DNA from: Zancudomyces culisetae HAW-14-8
Taxonomy: Eukaryota; Fungi; Kickxellomycota
Assembly: GCA_052426225.1 (NCBI GenBank)
Contig: JBNJNM010000011.1
Location: 1,798,001-1,862,000, forward strand
Direction of reading: 5' to 3'
DNA: 64,000 nt
Both the position numbers and the translations under genes were made by a program. Under the pieces are notes generated by a model, which saw only the letters and a program-made list of their open reading frames with translations, did not search any database and was not told the origin of the DNA. Below are positions 11,801-25,000 of the stretch, in pieces. Each line of letters begins with the position of its first letter. Position 1 is the stretch's first letter.

Positions 11801-14800
11801 ACACTTGTACTTCAAAATCTATGGTTTGTGGGTACTCAAAGAACTTTGCTTTTTCTTGTTTATTCAAATCATCGCTCGCATTTCGCTTTTCCTGGTAGTA
11901 CTTTCCGATTCCTCGGAGTTGCTGCGTTGCGTTGTTGCTATCAGAATCAATGGCCCAGATATACCCCTTTGATTCCGATGCAAAAATGACGCTCAACATT
12001 CCTCTTTCGTTTGACTTGGCTTTACTGAGAACATGGTAATGCACAAATATAAACTCAATGCTATCCTTCAATGTTTGTAAATAACCATCACTAATATTCC
12101 CAAATCGATTGTGTCTGTCATTGTAATTTACTCCTTTATCCTGTAACTTGTCTGCAATAGTGTGGGCTGCTTTGTTACTTCTTAAATTATCCAAATCATA
12201 GAGGTCAATCTGTTCATTTGGTCTTTTATCAAGACCTGGTTTGCTACTCAGGTAAATTATACCTCCCAATTGGATCAATGCTCTATCTAAAGATGTAATC
12301 TGCGTTTCAAACACACCCCCAATCTCTGGATGTGCAAAAAACGAATTCCATGTATCTCCGTGTTCGCGATAAAGGCTTTCTGAAACTTTACACTGATACA
12401 AATAATATTGCTCTCCATTCCGATATTCTCTCGGTAAAATGGTGTTTTGGGGAGCAATGGCAAACATCTTGCTTTGTTCAAGCTTTCTGTTTTCTACAGT
12501 TGACATGACATAAAAAATTCTCGGAACAGCTACTTGTATTGCGTGCATGTGTCCTCCAACAAGTGCCCATAACTTCAAGACTCCAGGGCTTTCAGGCACC
12601 GGCGATACTTGAATAACATACCATGGGTGCCGTGCCAAACTTGATGTTGTATACTCATAATAACTTCCTAAACCTGAATTTCCATTTCCTACATGTTTGA
12701 GGCTGTTTGTCGTCCCAAATCCATACTGCTTGCTCTTATTCATTTTTAGTTCCTTCAACATCTTGTTTAGTACTCTGGTGTACCTCCACTTTACTGTAGC
12801 CTTAGATAAGAACTCTGAATAATCCTTAAATGGATCAGGTGGAGCTTCAAGTGATGAAATAATATCTTGTACTAGCTTTATGGCTTCCTGTGGCTCTCTT
12901 TTCATCAGCATGGATAGTTTTGGAGTTATCTGTCCATACTTGCTAATAAGATCATTCTTTTGCTTGTCCTGGTCATCCTCCGATAGCTTTCTTTTGCATA
13001 TTCCATATCTAGGAAACGCAGCTTTACCGCTACTACTAGCCCCAAACTGCGCGGATTCGATGTCTGGTACATCGTCATGTCCTGATCCCGCTTTGCTTTT
13101 CGCAAATATATTGGTCAGCTTCATTTGTCTGTGCTCGTTAGCCTTTTGGAACACACGGTTGCTCAGCCAATCAGGATGCGCAACTCGTGGAACTGGGTTG
13201 GAAACACCTTGTGAGGCTGCTGGGATAGTGATAAGCTTTTGAATCACACTTCCAAATCTCTCCAAATAATAGTTCCAATCCAAAATATCTCTGATGTCAA
13301 AACTTGTAAGACTCGAATCTCCCAACCATTTTTTCAAATAAAACGTTTTTATTTCTGGTTCTGCCTGGAAAATGGCAATAGGAATTGCTCTCTCACTTAC
13401 TGGTGCGCCATACGGCTTTTCTGAGATCACCAGCTTACAAGCAAGACCAGCATCTTTTACCATCTGATCTCCAAGAAACTCTGCAAGTCTTTTTGCTGTA
13501 CAAATAGCAGTAGATTTCTGACTTCCATAACTTTCAAGTGATTTGGACATGCTTCGGTTCTCTGTCAGCAAATCAAATACCTCTTCGTCTGGTAACGTAG
13601 CTGCTTTTGTATGTAATATATCCAACCATTTATCAGCAACACTTGCCACCGAACTATAACTACCTTCTAGTCCCTCGCCTTTTAAAAATGCTGAAAATAA
13701 TTCAGATTGGAATATTTTAATAAGCTTTAGTTCACCCCTTCTCTTCACTTCGAAGCCCTTGAGTTCTGCCAGAGACCCATCAGGATTGAAAACGGCATAT
13801 CTCTTTTTTAGCAGCTTATCCGCCTGAGTACTCGCTGGCAGCACCATAGCTCTATAAGGACCATCAATTTCAAAAAAGATACTATTCTCGCTATGACTTT
13901 TATAATAAAACGAACCATCCTCCTCCTCGACCTTGTCCTGATACTGGTCATTTGTAAATACTGCATGGACCAAATGGTTTAACATGCTACAAGGATATGA
14001 AATCATGAATTTCTTGGTGCTGTTTTTTATTTTGAAGCTGTAGTTTTCGGGAAACCCGTTGGGCAGAGCACACCAAATCCCATCCGTGTCCAACTCCAAA
14101 GGTCTACCTATTTTTTCAACTCGGCTTCTGGCCAGCTGAATAATCTTACTTCCCGTGTAACAAACCACTCCAGCCATTTCCAGCGAGTGCCATCTGGCAC
14201 CTCTTCGCATTACGTACCCATAAAATGAATTTAAAATACACTTGTGTGCCAATTGCAAAGAATCATAAGTAACCATCAGTTTTTTACTTTCATCTGCTTC
14301 GTGTTTTTGACCTGCCTTAGCGAACTTATCAAAGGTTGATTTTTCGTTTTTTAAAAGCCCCTTATACACATATCTTCTATCTCTAAAGTTTCTGACCGTG
14401 TTGACATAGAATGATGTTTCTCTTTGGCATATGGATGCCTCTCTCTCCTCCACTTTGATCTCTCGTATCTTGTTATATACCTTTCTTGAATATTCCTTTA
14501 CTTTACTTTTCAATATTTCATTCTGCTTATATTCACTAAGCTCTAAAAACATCTTGGTTTCATTTTGTGCTGCATCCCCTGCATTAGAGTCTGAAACTGC
14601 TGTGTTCTTGATCTGTGCCTTTATCATGTTTACCTCTCCTTTAGTAGCTGGATAGTATTCACCTCTCCATAACCACTTCATTTTTCTTTCACACGTCTTT
14701 CCCATAACATTGAAATCACACGACGCACAAACCTTCTCATTCACCACAGCGTCAGGTTGCAATCGATTCGTAAGAATAATGTTTGGATACATAGCCGCCA

Positions 14801-17170
14801 CATCAAGATGGTATATTAGTGGTGATATCTGAATATTGGGGTGGTCTCGCAAATATTCCAGCTGTGTTTTTATTTGACCTTTTATCTCATCATAATTTTC
14901 AATATCTGAAAGTTTAAACCCCCCTTCGACCTCAATGCTGAACTTCAATGCCTGGTCGACTTCATCGATAAGCTGCTGAACTCCATCTACATCCAAGCTA
15001 AATGACAATGGAATATCCGATCTGAAAATACCAGCCTCGAGTGCTTCCACGTGTCCGCCAACATACGTTTCTGTTTCTATCAAATGTCCATCATATGTTC
15101 TCCCCACTGGATCAACATGCTTATTTGGCATCAGAACGCCTGCTTTGTATGCCTCAACCATCAACAAGGCCTCACAAAGCGTACCTGACCCTTTTCTCAA
15201 CACATCGTCTGCATTTAGCGGAATGATATTGCATAGCGAGAAAATGAATGGATGCACATATTTCATATACAAATAATAAGTCGCCACCGCATCTGAAACT
15301 GAATATTGTGCTAGTGTCTGGGGTTTTTCAGATGCAAACTTTGTCATATCTTCTGGATCCAACTCCATTGGATTATACCCCAATTTGGCCGTTGTAACTG
15401 CCTTCAAGCCTTGGCTTCCCACCGGTAAATATGAATCGCGCTTCACCCATTTCAGGCAGTCCATGTGGCTGCTATATGATGATTTATACTCGTCCTCTCT
15501 ATCTCGGTACCACCCAATCTCGGAATACAAATCCATCCCGTGAACCAATGCTCGAGCATGAACAAACGGCCAATCGAACGAGTCTCCATTGTACGTCACC
15601 ACCACCGTTGGCTGGGCCTTCCTTATCTCGCTAAAAAATCTTTCCAGTACTGCCTTTTCGTTAGGTTCATTAAACATCTCAAAAGGACCTTGAAACTCTT
15701 CTTTAGGCGTGTAATCAAAATCTTCTATATCTTCTGATACTATCTCTCGATTTGTAATCAGATATCCCTGCCCGTCAATCATGTATGATATCATCATCAC
15801 CATATCAAATGTTGCGTCTGGAAATTTTAGCGGAAGCTTAGTGGTTTCGATGTCAAATGCTAGAACAACCGGATCAGCACGCTTGACTAGATCGCTTCTC
15901 AGCTTCAGAGTAATCCCCTGCGCCGATGGTGTTACTGTATACCACAACCCAACTCTGATATCTATTGTATATCCTCGGTTAGCTATATTCTGTACAATTT
16001 AATTTATAACCTTTGTTTATATATTAAAAAAAGTTGATGATGCTAACCTTTATCCATAGCTACTCTTTGGTAATACGGAATATCATACTCTCTAAGCTCG
16101 ACAATAGAATCTTGCGTTTTTGTGGCACCTGATTCTGTCCCGATTTCTCCATATCTATTTGTTTTTTGTTTTTCGATGTTCCTCGCAATGATCGCCTGGA
16201 GGGACTTTCTTACCGAGATCAGCTCTTTGATATTGTCAAACTCCAGCTTTATACACTTTTTGCTCTTGCCCAGTAAATGATTCGCCTATAACATCCAAAC
16301 AAATTATGATTATTTGTACTCATACTGATAAATACAATGTAAAAACTGATTAAAACCAGAGCAAAATCAATAAAACGCAAAGCGTACCATGTCCAAATCT
16401 TCCTTTTCAACAATACTTGTTTTGCTTAGCGACTCTTCATACTTTCTTTTTATCCACTCCTCTGCCTCTATTTCAGAGCCCTCCTAACAATATGGTATGA
16501 TTATTTTTGTTTGTTTAATCGAATTGTAGATGTAAAATAGTAGTACCATGTTCAATTTTAATACATACACAAGTATGTCAACGAAAACAATTGTTCGTAA
16601 TAAGAGTTGTTGATACTTTACCTTGCACACTAGTAGAAAATATGGGTTGTAGTTGATTGTGCTCCTGAATTTTACTCCATCGCTTCCAATAAAATAAAAA
16701 TCCACCGCTGCCTTCTTTTTTCTAGTTTTTTCATCTATAGTCACCGTCTAATAAGATATAGCACAAATAATCATTACCAGCTGTTGTTTTTTTTTTCTCT
16801 CTCCACACAATGATCATGATTAAAAAAATTAAAGCACTGATGTAATACTTACTGGTTGGATATTGATTAGCCAGCCTAATCTTTCTGGCCCAACTTGAAA
16901 CTGCCAAAACCCCATCATTTCATCAACTTCAGCCTTCCTTTTCAGTTGCAAGGTCTCGTCAACTTCTCTTCCAAAATCGCCCGTACCGGTTTCAACGTCC
17001 ATATTGTCCATGAAATCGTCACCACCTGACTTTGAGAATCCTTTCATTTTATCACCCGCTTCGTCGGCACCTGGGTTAGACCCTGCTGATGTTTGAGACT
17101 TTTCTTGTGGTCTTTTAAACCCATTTTGCTTCTGTTTGCCAAAACCGACATTATTTGATTGGACAAACAT
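8886..17170 (-). CDS. POL2: DNA polymerase epsilon catalytic subunit; exons 17170-16853, 16747-16622, 16483-16388, 16285-16048, 15961-8886
   Basis: Exonuclease FDIETTK, YNGDSFDWPF, LDVAAMYPNI, HKCILNSFYGY, ELDTDGIWC, C-terminal Cys motifs. Four GT-AG introns give a continuous frame (GWLINIQP/TV, EKEDLDM/ANHLLG, AMDK/DIRVGLWY). Confidence 0.97.
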
Positions 17171-18164
17171 TGTATTTGCCAACTACTCGACTTTTTTTTT
17201 ACTTTTCTAAAAAGATCGGTAACCAGGCCAGGGTTTTCTATAGGGAAGATAAAAATATTATAGTATTGCTCGTGGTTTATATTGGAAACACGCTCAGCCT
17301 GGTATCTGCTTCTCTTTCAATTGTTAGCTGCTGTGTTTCTCGTTTAATAAGTTTGTTAAGTGACTAAACTATCTGTTTGCTTTTGTTGCTTATTTATCCT
17401 TCAATCTCAATCAGCATTTCAAAAAAATAATTTTATATAGCCAAATAGACAAAAATAGCTTGCGTTAAGTGGCCTGTCTTGTTTACATTAATTTTCAATT
17501 ATGTAAATCCAAAACTACAACAAAAACTGTGGGGCAAGCCGTATTTTTAATTAATACCAACTAAATTCAGGCTAACAAATACACGTTTGGTTTGGTTAAA
17601 GTGAACAACAACATTGAGAATCGCATACTCAACATATAAGTGCGACTTGGATGGAAATGTATTCTTCGCATACTTATTATTTTATTCGTCATGTTGTCCT
17701 GTTGATTTGCATATTTTATTTAGATAACTAGTGGGTAGAATCGGTGCTCACTCATAATAAGATTCGCTTTCCGCAGTTCAACGGATACCAACTGTTCTCT
17801 CTACTAGCGGAGTATTTCAGAATCCTTGCATATTTTGAGCAAGAGAACGCCCCTTCCCCCCCCCCCCTCCCCAAAAAAAACAATACATCAGTTAGTACTG
17901 GAATTATGAATCATTTATTTCAAAAAATCTAACGAAACATAATGAATCGTCTAATATGGCAGTAGTAACAGTAAAACCTAAATCTACGAAAAAACCATTC
18001 TTGCTAGTCTTAAGCTCATCGATTATAACAAAAACTCTGAAAAACAAAAGTATCAATTTAAGTATCATCGCCCTTTCACTCACCCAAGGTTATGCCGATA
18101 TTGATGCTGTGGAATTGCTATGAACCTCTGTCTATAAATGAAACTCGGTATGGATTATCTATAA

Positions 18165-18773
18165 CTACTCCTCTTTCGTTACCATTTCCGGCTCAATCGT
18201 GCATTTTTTTGTCCTGATATTTACAATTTGAAGGTACTCAGCAAAGAATTCTTTTCTAAATCCCATGATCCTTAAAGAATCCAGAAAAACGAAAAATGAC
18301 GTCGTGAGTGCTAGCGATAGTGGGATTTTGGCCATAGGCAGAAGCCGTTCCTCAGTAAATCTGTGAATGATATTCTGCGCAATGATTGAGAGAACCACCA
18401 GTAGAGGGAAAATTACAAAAGAATATTGTACATGTTCCATAAAGTGATGCGCTGCCATGTATACGACTGCAAGCACAGGAATATAAAGGAGTGTAAATTC
18501 CATATTTAACGAAAAGTAGTACAGAGCCAAGTAAACGCATGTAACTAATCCCAAATTCACATCCGAACCCAATCCAACAATCTCAGAAAAGCGGACTAAA
18601 AGTTTTGGCGCAAATTCAACAGGTCCAAAGTATGATAGCGTTCCAACTATAGCCCACAGTTCGAGTGTACAAAGGGGTATGTGTAAAAGCACGTTCGCTT
18701 TGCTCTGGTGGTATTCCAAGTGGAGCAGATATGTTTGTTCGAAATTAAACAATCCTGGTCTTCCTTTTTCCAT
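18165..18773 (-). CDS. Mpo1-like (DUF962) ER membrane 2-hydroxy fatty acid dioxygenase family protein
   Basis: N-terminal EYHQSKANVLLH (family YH..N..H), LYYFSL, and AQNIIHRFTEER (family QFIGH..FE); hydrophobic, 202 aa. Confidence 0.72.
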   Translation of the reverse strand: MEKGRPGLFNFEQTYLLHLEYHQSKANVLLHIPLCTLELWAIVGTLSYFGPVEFAPKLLVRFSEIVGLGSDVNLGLVTCVYLALYYFSLNMEFTLLYIPVLAVVYMAAHHFMEHVQYSFVIFPLLVVLSIIAQNIIHRFTEERLLPMAKIPLSLALTTSFFVFLDSLRIMGFRKEFFAEYLQIVNIRTKKCTIEPEMVTKEE

Positions 18774-21700
18774 TTTGTATATTTTGCTATTCCTGTCTTT
18801 TCTTTTCTTTCCTTTTTTTTTGTTTTTCTATTCTTGTCTTTGAGTCAAAAGTAGTTTGAAGTGGAATATAGGAGAGTGAAATATGATCAACCTTGTAGGC
18901 AAAGGGCACTCGATTTCTTTAGTTGTGTAATTTGGTATCATGTCTGAAAAAACTTTAAAATAGCCCACCTGGAAGACTATTGGTTTTTTACTCGAGCCCT
19001 CGGCAATTATCTGGCACTTTATTGGATCCGGAATTATATATTTGTTGCTGATTTTAGCTTTTTTCTCATATTTACATGCCTCAACTTGGTCACATTTATC
19101 CGCCATCCTGGCCTTTAAATGATGGGAAAAATTATCCAAACAGCAAATCAGCTCGTATATCTGTAAATTTTGGCAGCCCAATATGCCGAAATAGCAAACA
19201 GGTGTTGAAATAAACGGCATTTATAGGGGAAAAATGGGGGAGGAGAATATGTAATGTAAGCTGGACAAGTGATAGTCCCCGATTCATTCCAGGAAACAAA
19301 CAAATTACATAGGACTGGCTGTGTACAAGAGGGGGTTGTTGCGATTTGAAACTGTAAAGTACTGGGGGGAGAGAGTGTGTGTGTGTATGTGTAGGGGAGG
19401 GGGGAGTATTGGTAGAAAGATGGGTGTTTTATGCGCATGTTTACATCTGTTCGTGATACAAAGCTAGGTGAACACCTTGGTTTGAAGTAACCAAATATTA
19501 TATCTTGTACCGGCTTAACCATGTAAACTGCCATAATGTGTGTAAATAGTTGACAGAGCTTATGAAATTAACCATTGGATGTTTAAAATGACTTTTGATT
19601 AATGGTGAAACCGAAGGTATCCTGTCCATCTAGTACCCCCTATCTCAGCAATTAAAGTGTAAAGCATCATGTTCACATGGTCGTTGAGCTTATTATGCAT
19701 TTTTTATAGAAATGGGATAAAAGAGGAGGCTGTTTTACACGTACTCATGTGTTTTTGTACATATTTTCATTTAATACCTCAACTCCAATGTGTATTGCTT
19801 TCTCGTTTGTGGATGCAAAAGCTCTTAGCTTCCGAAAGAACAGACTTGTGTATTCACATAAAACTTACCAATTATGTAGAAGGAAAAATAACCTGCGTGT
19901 TGTTTGATGAAAATTGGGAGCAAAAGTGTGTTGATAATCATGACAGTGCTAGTGATGATGGTGTTCTTGAGAATGATGATACGGAAATGAACAAATAGTC
20001 AAGTATAAAAAAAAATACAACCCAGCCCTCCAGAGATAAAATGAAAATTTAAAAAGCAAACACAAATCCTGGAGGGTCATGATGCAAGCGGCAAATCGGA
20101 GAAAAAGGGAGGGGAAGGGGAGTGATTGACTATTTTCTATTTCTCTGAATGTATACTAATTGGACAACACATGTCGCATCCAAATACAAATAGTTGTATT
20201 CCCTACTCAAGCTAATACAGCAAAAAATTGGGAAATACATCAACTCTTTCTCCTACATTCTGTGGGAATTGGAGAAGGATTGGAGAGGTAAAAATATAAC
20301 CTCGTTTTGTGGCTATAAACAACAGCCAGGGTAGAAGGAGGGTACTTGGAAAATAAAAAAAAGTAAATTAACAAATGTGAGAATTCCAAGACATCTGGGG
20401 TAAGCTAATGTAGCTGATTTAATTAAGATTGCGTGCCATATATTATGTACAGTAATAAGAGCATTGTTATGGCTTTTAAACATAAAAATGACGAATTGGG
20501 CTGTGTCTAGTGCGGAAAATGAAAAATGATATACAAAAAAAAAAGACCAGAACAACAACGCACAAAAGAAGTAAAAGTCAAAGTTTGCCGAATGCGTGTT
20601 TCATGCCACACTTATTGTTGCGGTATTGGTATTTCATGCTTTGCAAGAGATAATCTTGGTTAGGTTGGTTTCGGAGTACTGTGCATTTACTTTCATTTTC
20701 GGTGTCTACCCTATCATAGGGAACGTCTTTTTTAGGTATGATGTTATATCCAGTGAATTACCAACTGAAAGAATATCATGGATGTTTTGAAATCAAAACA
20801 AAATTAGCCTACATTATTGGGATAATGAGTATCTCCATGTTTTAGTTTTATTCAACCAACTAGGTCAGAGGAAACGACAAAAAAAAAAGTGCGAAGCTTT
20901 TGGATTTCTAATGTTAGTAAATAGACCTTTGTTATTTTCCCCATTGTTTATTTTTTTCTAGTTATTTCTTTTTTCCCTAAACTTTGAAATTCCTTAGTTT
21001 TTTCGAAACTTTTTTTTTTTACTGCCATTTATGTGAACAAGAGCAAATAAAGTTCTGCACTAAACCTGACTAACTCCCAGAGCTGAAAAAAATCCACAAT
21101 TTATGAGAGGGGGTCTATAATATCCAAGCTGACTTATCAATCACACAGCCTTTGCGCCGCATTGGTACCAACACCCAGCAAATGACGAAATCCTTGCCGT
21201 CTGGACAAGTCGTAATTCCAACAAGTGGTTTGCTCAGCTAGAATAGCTTGCAAGTGATAAAACCAAGCTCAGCAAAATTCAAAAAAAAATAGAAGGCAAA
21301 TCCTCCACTACAAATTTGCTATTAGTGAATGGCAAAAATACAGCCAATTGTAATATACGGGAAAAACGAGGAACTGTTTTTTATTTGAGGGATTGCAAAA
21401 AGGAAGGAAAAGCTTTAGAGAGCTGGGCCTGTAAAGGTAGTAAACCAAGTCGATTATGTTACCAAGTTCTTTAAAAATTTGTAGCCTTTTATGTAAATAA
21501 GCTTTCTTGAGTTACCCATTTTTGTTTTTACCATGATTTAGCTGTTTAATACATGAATAAGCAGTATTAACAGAAGGAAAAAATAGTAAAATACTTGGGG
21601 ATTCTGGTATCATTTATTCTTTAGAGGCGAACCCATTGGGATTATAAATAAATATATAGAATGAGCATAGATTAGGGTTAGGCAAAAAAAGACATTTCGT

Positions 21701-22028
21701 GTACTGTTACTACCCAAAGTGTGAGCGCTTTTAACTACGGCAAATCGAGTTACGTTGAGAATAAAAAGACACAAGGTAATAGGAACAAAAAGAAAGATAC
21801 AAGGACAGAGACAAACACAGAGACAAGATACAAATATAAAGGCAGATATAGAGGGAGAGTGTGTGAAGCAGAGCAGCATTCGTTTCGGTAGTGAACAGTT
21901 TCACAACAATAGATTCGTATAGTGCGCACATCGTATACTAGGTACATATCAGGATTTAAACTTGAATATCACAGAAAATCAGACACAACCCACTATCCAG
22001 AAAAAGTATTGAATGTATTAATAGCAAA

Positions 22029-25000
22029 ATGCAGGAAGATATTGTACCGCTGATGAGCGTAAAGCTGCCGGCGAGTATGATAAAACTGTTTGAGAAGTGC
22101 AAAGGGGAGCTACAGATGGAGCTTCAAAATTCAGACCGGGGCATTACTGGCTTCTTTAAGGTTCAGGAAGATAAACTCAATTTCAGAATGAAACCCGAAA
22201 AAACATTGAATAAAATTGTTTTTAGTGGTCCATCTTTAGAGGAAGCAGTAGAAGGGAGAACGTACGTTGAATCTTCAAAGACAAAGCAAATTTGGAGAAG
22301 AAGGGGTGAGATACAGGGAGCAATGTTAGTATCAAAGACAGTAGGTGATCGAGCAGAGTCTCTTCTCAAAAAAAGAACACAGATTAGGAAGACCAAAGTG
22401 GTAAAGGAACCAAGAGGCGCCAAATCCAAGAGGAAAAGCGTAAAGTATCCAGAAGAAGACCCACATACCTCGGACTGGGAGCGCGAAGAAGCCAGAAGAC
22501 TAGAAAAGGCTTTAGAGGAAAGTATTTTAGAAGAAGAAAACAATCAAAGCTCGTTGACTGGTGGAGGAAGTGATAGCGACGAGTTTGAAGAGGTTTCTAT
22601 AGATCCTAATGAACTTGAAAGTCTAATTAATGAATACAGTGAAAATAGTCAAAGCCCACAGTCTGTTTCGGAGAAGAAAGAGGAGATTGAGGAGGAGTTA
22701 GTAGTAGAAAAGTGTGGAAACCCGCTTCTTATTCAGGATAGTCTTTTAAAAAGTCAAAGCGTCAAGAATCGACAAAAATTAGAAAAAGCGAGTAGGGAGA
22801 ACAGCAGCACAGATGAAAGTAGTAAGGACAAAGAAAAGACGTTGGTGCATATACTAGCACTGGGCCCGGCCACATTAGAAAGCATAAAGAGTGCATCAAA
22901 GTATGATGAATATACCATAAACAGCATTCTACCACGAATTTCAAATCCCGTAGGCGAAAGGTATAGGCTAAAACCAGAAAACTATGCTACAGTTGATATA
23001 TGGAAATGGCCCAAATACACATATCGGGAGCGTGAGAAAGCTGCAGAACAAGCATCAAGGGCGATGGATCTCCTTGGTGTACCACAGCACGCTAAAGAGC
23101 GTGAGTTTATAAATCCACCTAATGTAGAGACTGGTGGAGGTAAAGCTGGCTCCTTACAGAGACAAGCATCCAGTGGTACTGATACAGAATACATAGGAAG
23201 CGTAGTGAGTGTTGTTTCAAAGGAGCCTCGGATGGCTGAGAAAGAACCTGTGGGTAGGACCGAGAGCAAACAGGTTACTCCTATGGTTGTAAAATCACTG
23301 AGCTTGGGAAATACCACACAAGCTCAAAAGAGGTACAGCACGGTTGGGGTGGGGAACATATCTCTTGCACGAAAGATTGGTATAAGGGTAAAAGCAGATA
23401 GTGTGAAAAAGGGAGTTTCGGGAATTCGTAAAAAAACGACGACCCGAGGAACAACTGAAGGACTGGAAAAAACCAATAGTAACAAGGGGAGCAAGAGTAG
23501 CTCTATTTCTCCGGTAGAAGGCAGAGCTATTCAGCTCCACCAGCGAAGCGACTCGCAGCGTATTAGTTCTGAAAAAACTAGCGAAAGTGGATTTTCTGAG
23601 TTTAAAAATATTTCACAAAAAGCTGTAAAATATGAAACCCCAAGTTTTTCTACAAACACCATAGATGATAGTAGCTCAAAGTCATCCTCGGAAAAAACTG
23701 ATTTGGGACATGTAGCGCACAATAAACCAGCATACTCGCATAAACTCAGCGAGCAAACACAAAAGGGAAGCGATCCAATGACCGCGCACTACGAAGGTAG
23801 GGAGAGACAAACTCTAGTTGACACTAGGGATATAGGAAGCCGCTCTCCTGAAAAAAGGAAAGCATCACCTTCGGCTCAAGAAAGAAGTGATAAAAAAGCC
23901 AAAATTAGCACGGTGGGGGTATTGGATATGAGTAAAAAATGGTCAGATTTAGGAAGGAGTTCCAACGAAAAGCACGAATCAAGTGATCAAGGTGAGGTGC
24001 ATACGAGGAATAGGGAAAGGCGAGAAGAAGAAGACGATCATAATTTTGAAGAGGAATTTATTATCATTGGAGAGGAAGAGGAAGGAAAAGAGGAAGGAAA
24101 GAATCAAGAAAAGAGTGAAGAAAAGAGTGAAGATAAGGGTAAAGATAAGGGTGAAGAAAAGGGTGAAGAGGAAGAAGGAAGTAAACAAAAGGATGAAGAG
24201 GAAGAAAGGAGTGAAGAAAAGGATGAAGAAAAGGGTGAAGAAGGTGAAGAAAAGGGTGAAGAAGAGGTAAAAAAACCCTACGTGCGACAAAACCAGGAAA
24301 AAACTTTGGAAAGCGAAGTAGATGTGCCAGCCCCACATGATCTGCATGTATCTACACCAATCAAAACAGGAATATCTGATGACATTGAGGCAGAAAATAA
24401 ACCAAATAAATATGCAACACCAGGGTATGAATACGAAGAGGGCGAAGCAACGGACGATGGAGAGTATTATGAAACTGACACCCAGCAGAAAAAGAGTGAA
24501 GAGTATAATGTCAACAACAACAGCAACAACAGCAATCGCAACAACGGCAATAGTAACAATGCTAGTAACGCATACTATAGGTCAGATAGTTATTATAAAA
24601 ACACAGGATCTACACATTCTAGCAACGATTCAAAATCCTTAAACACCTTTACATCCTATAAATTCCCCAGCTCTGCAGATAGTGGGCGTGCTAGAGAGGG
24701 TAGTTATTACCGCAACTACAAAGCACAGGGTGGTACTGTTCAGCCATCAGCTTATCGGAACAGGGAGTACAGTCACGGCCACTCTGTGTCAAGCTATGGG
24801 TCTGCAAGAAACGAACGAAAACACACGTACCACACGGGAAGCAATAGCCTCCACAGTGTATCCAGGGGGTACGGAGGCAATTATCAAAGTCCTACGAATG
24901 TTGGCTCAAGCCGCCAGCTGAAGTTTAACAACTCACCCGAACCTGTTCTCAACACTCCGAAAACATCTACAGATACTTTGTCTTATCAACTTTTGCTGAA

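Noticed and set aside
17171-17182. TTG start for POL2 proposed by the ORF track
   Set aside because: An in-frame ATG at 17170 has a good context (ACAATG); there is no evidence for near-cognate initiation.
18800-21950. Short ORFs in the long intergenic regions (also 39800-43700)
   Set aside because: Low-complexity, no homology cues or consistent splice structure; small unrecognised genes cannot be excluded.
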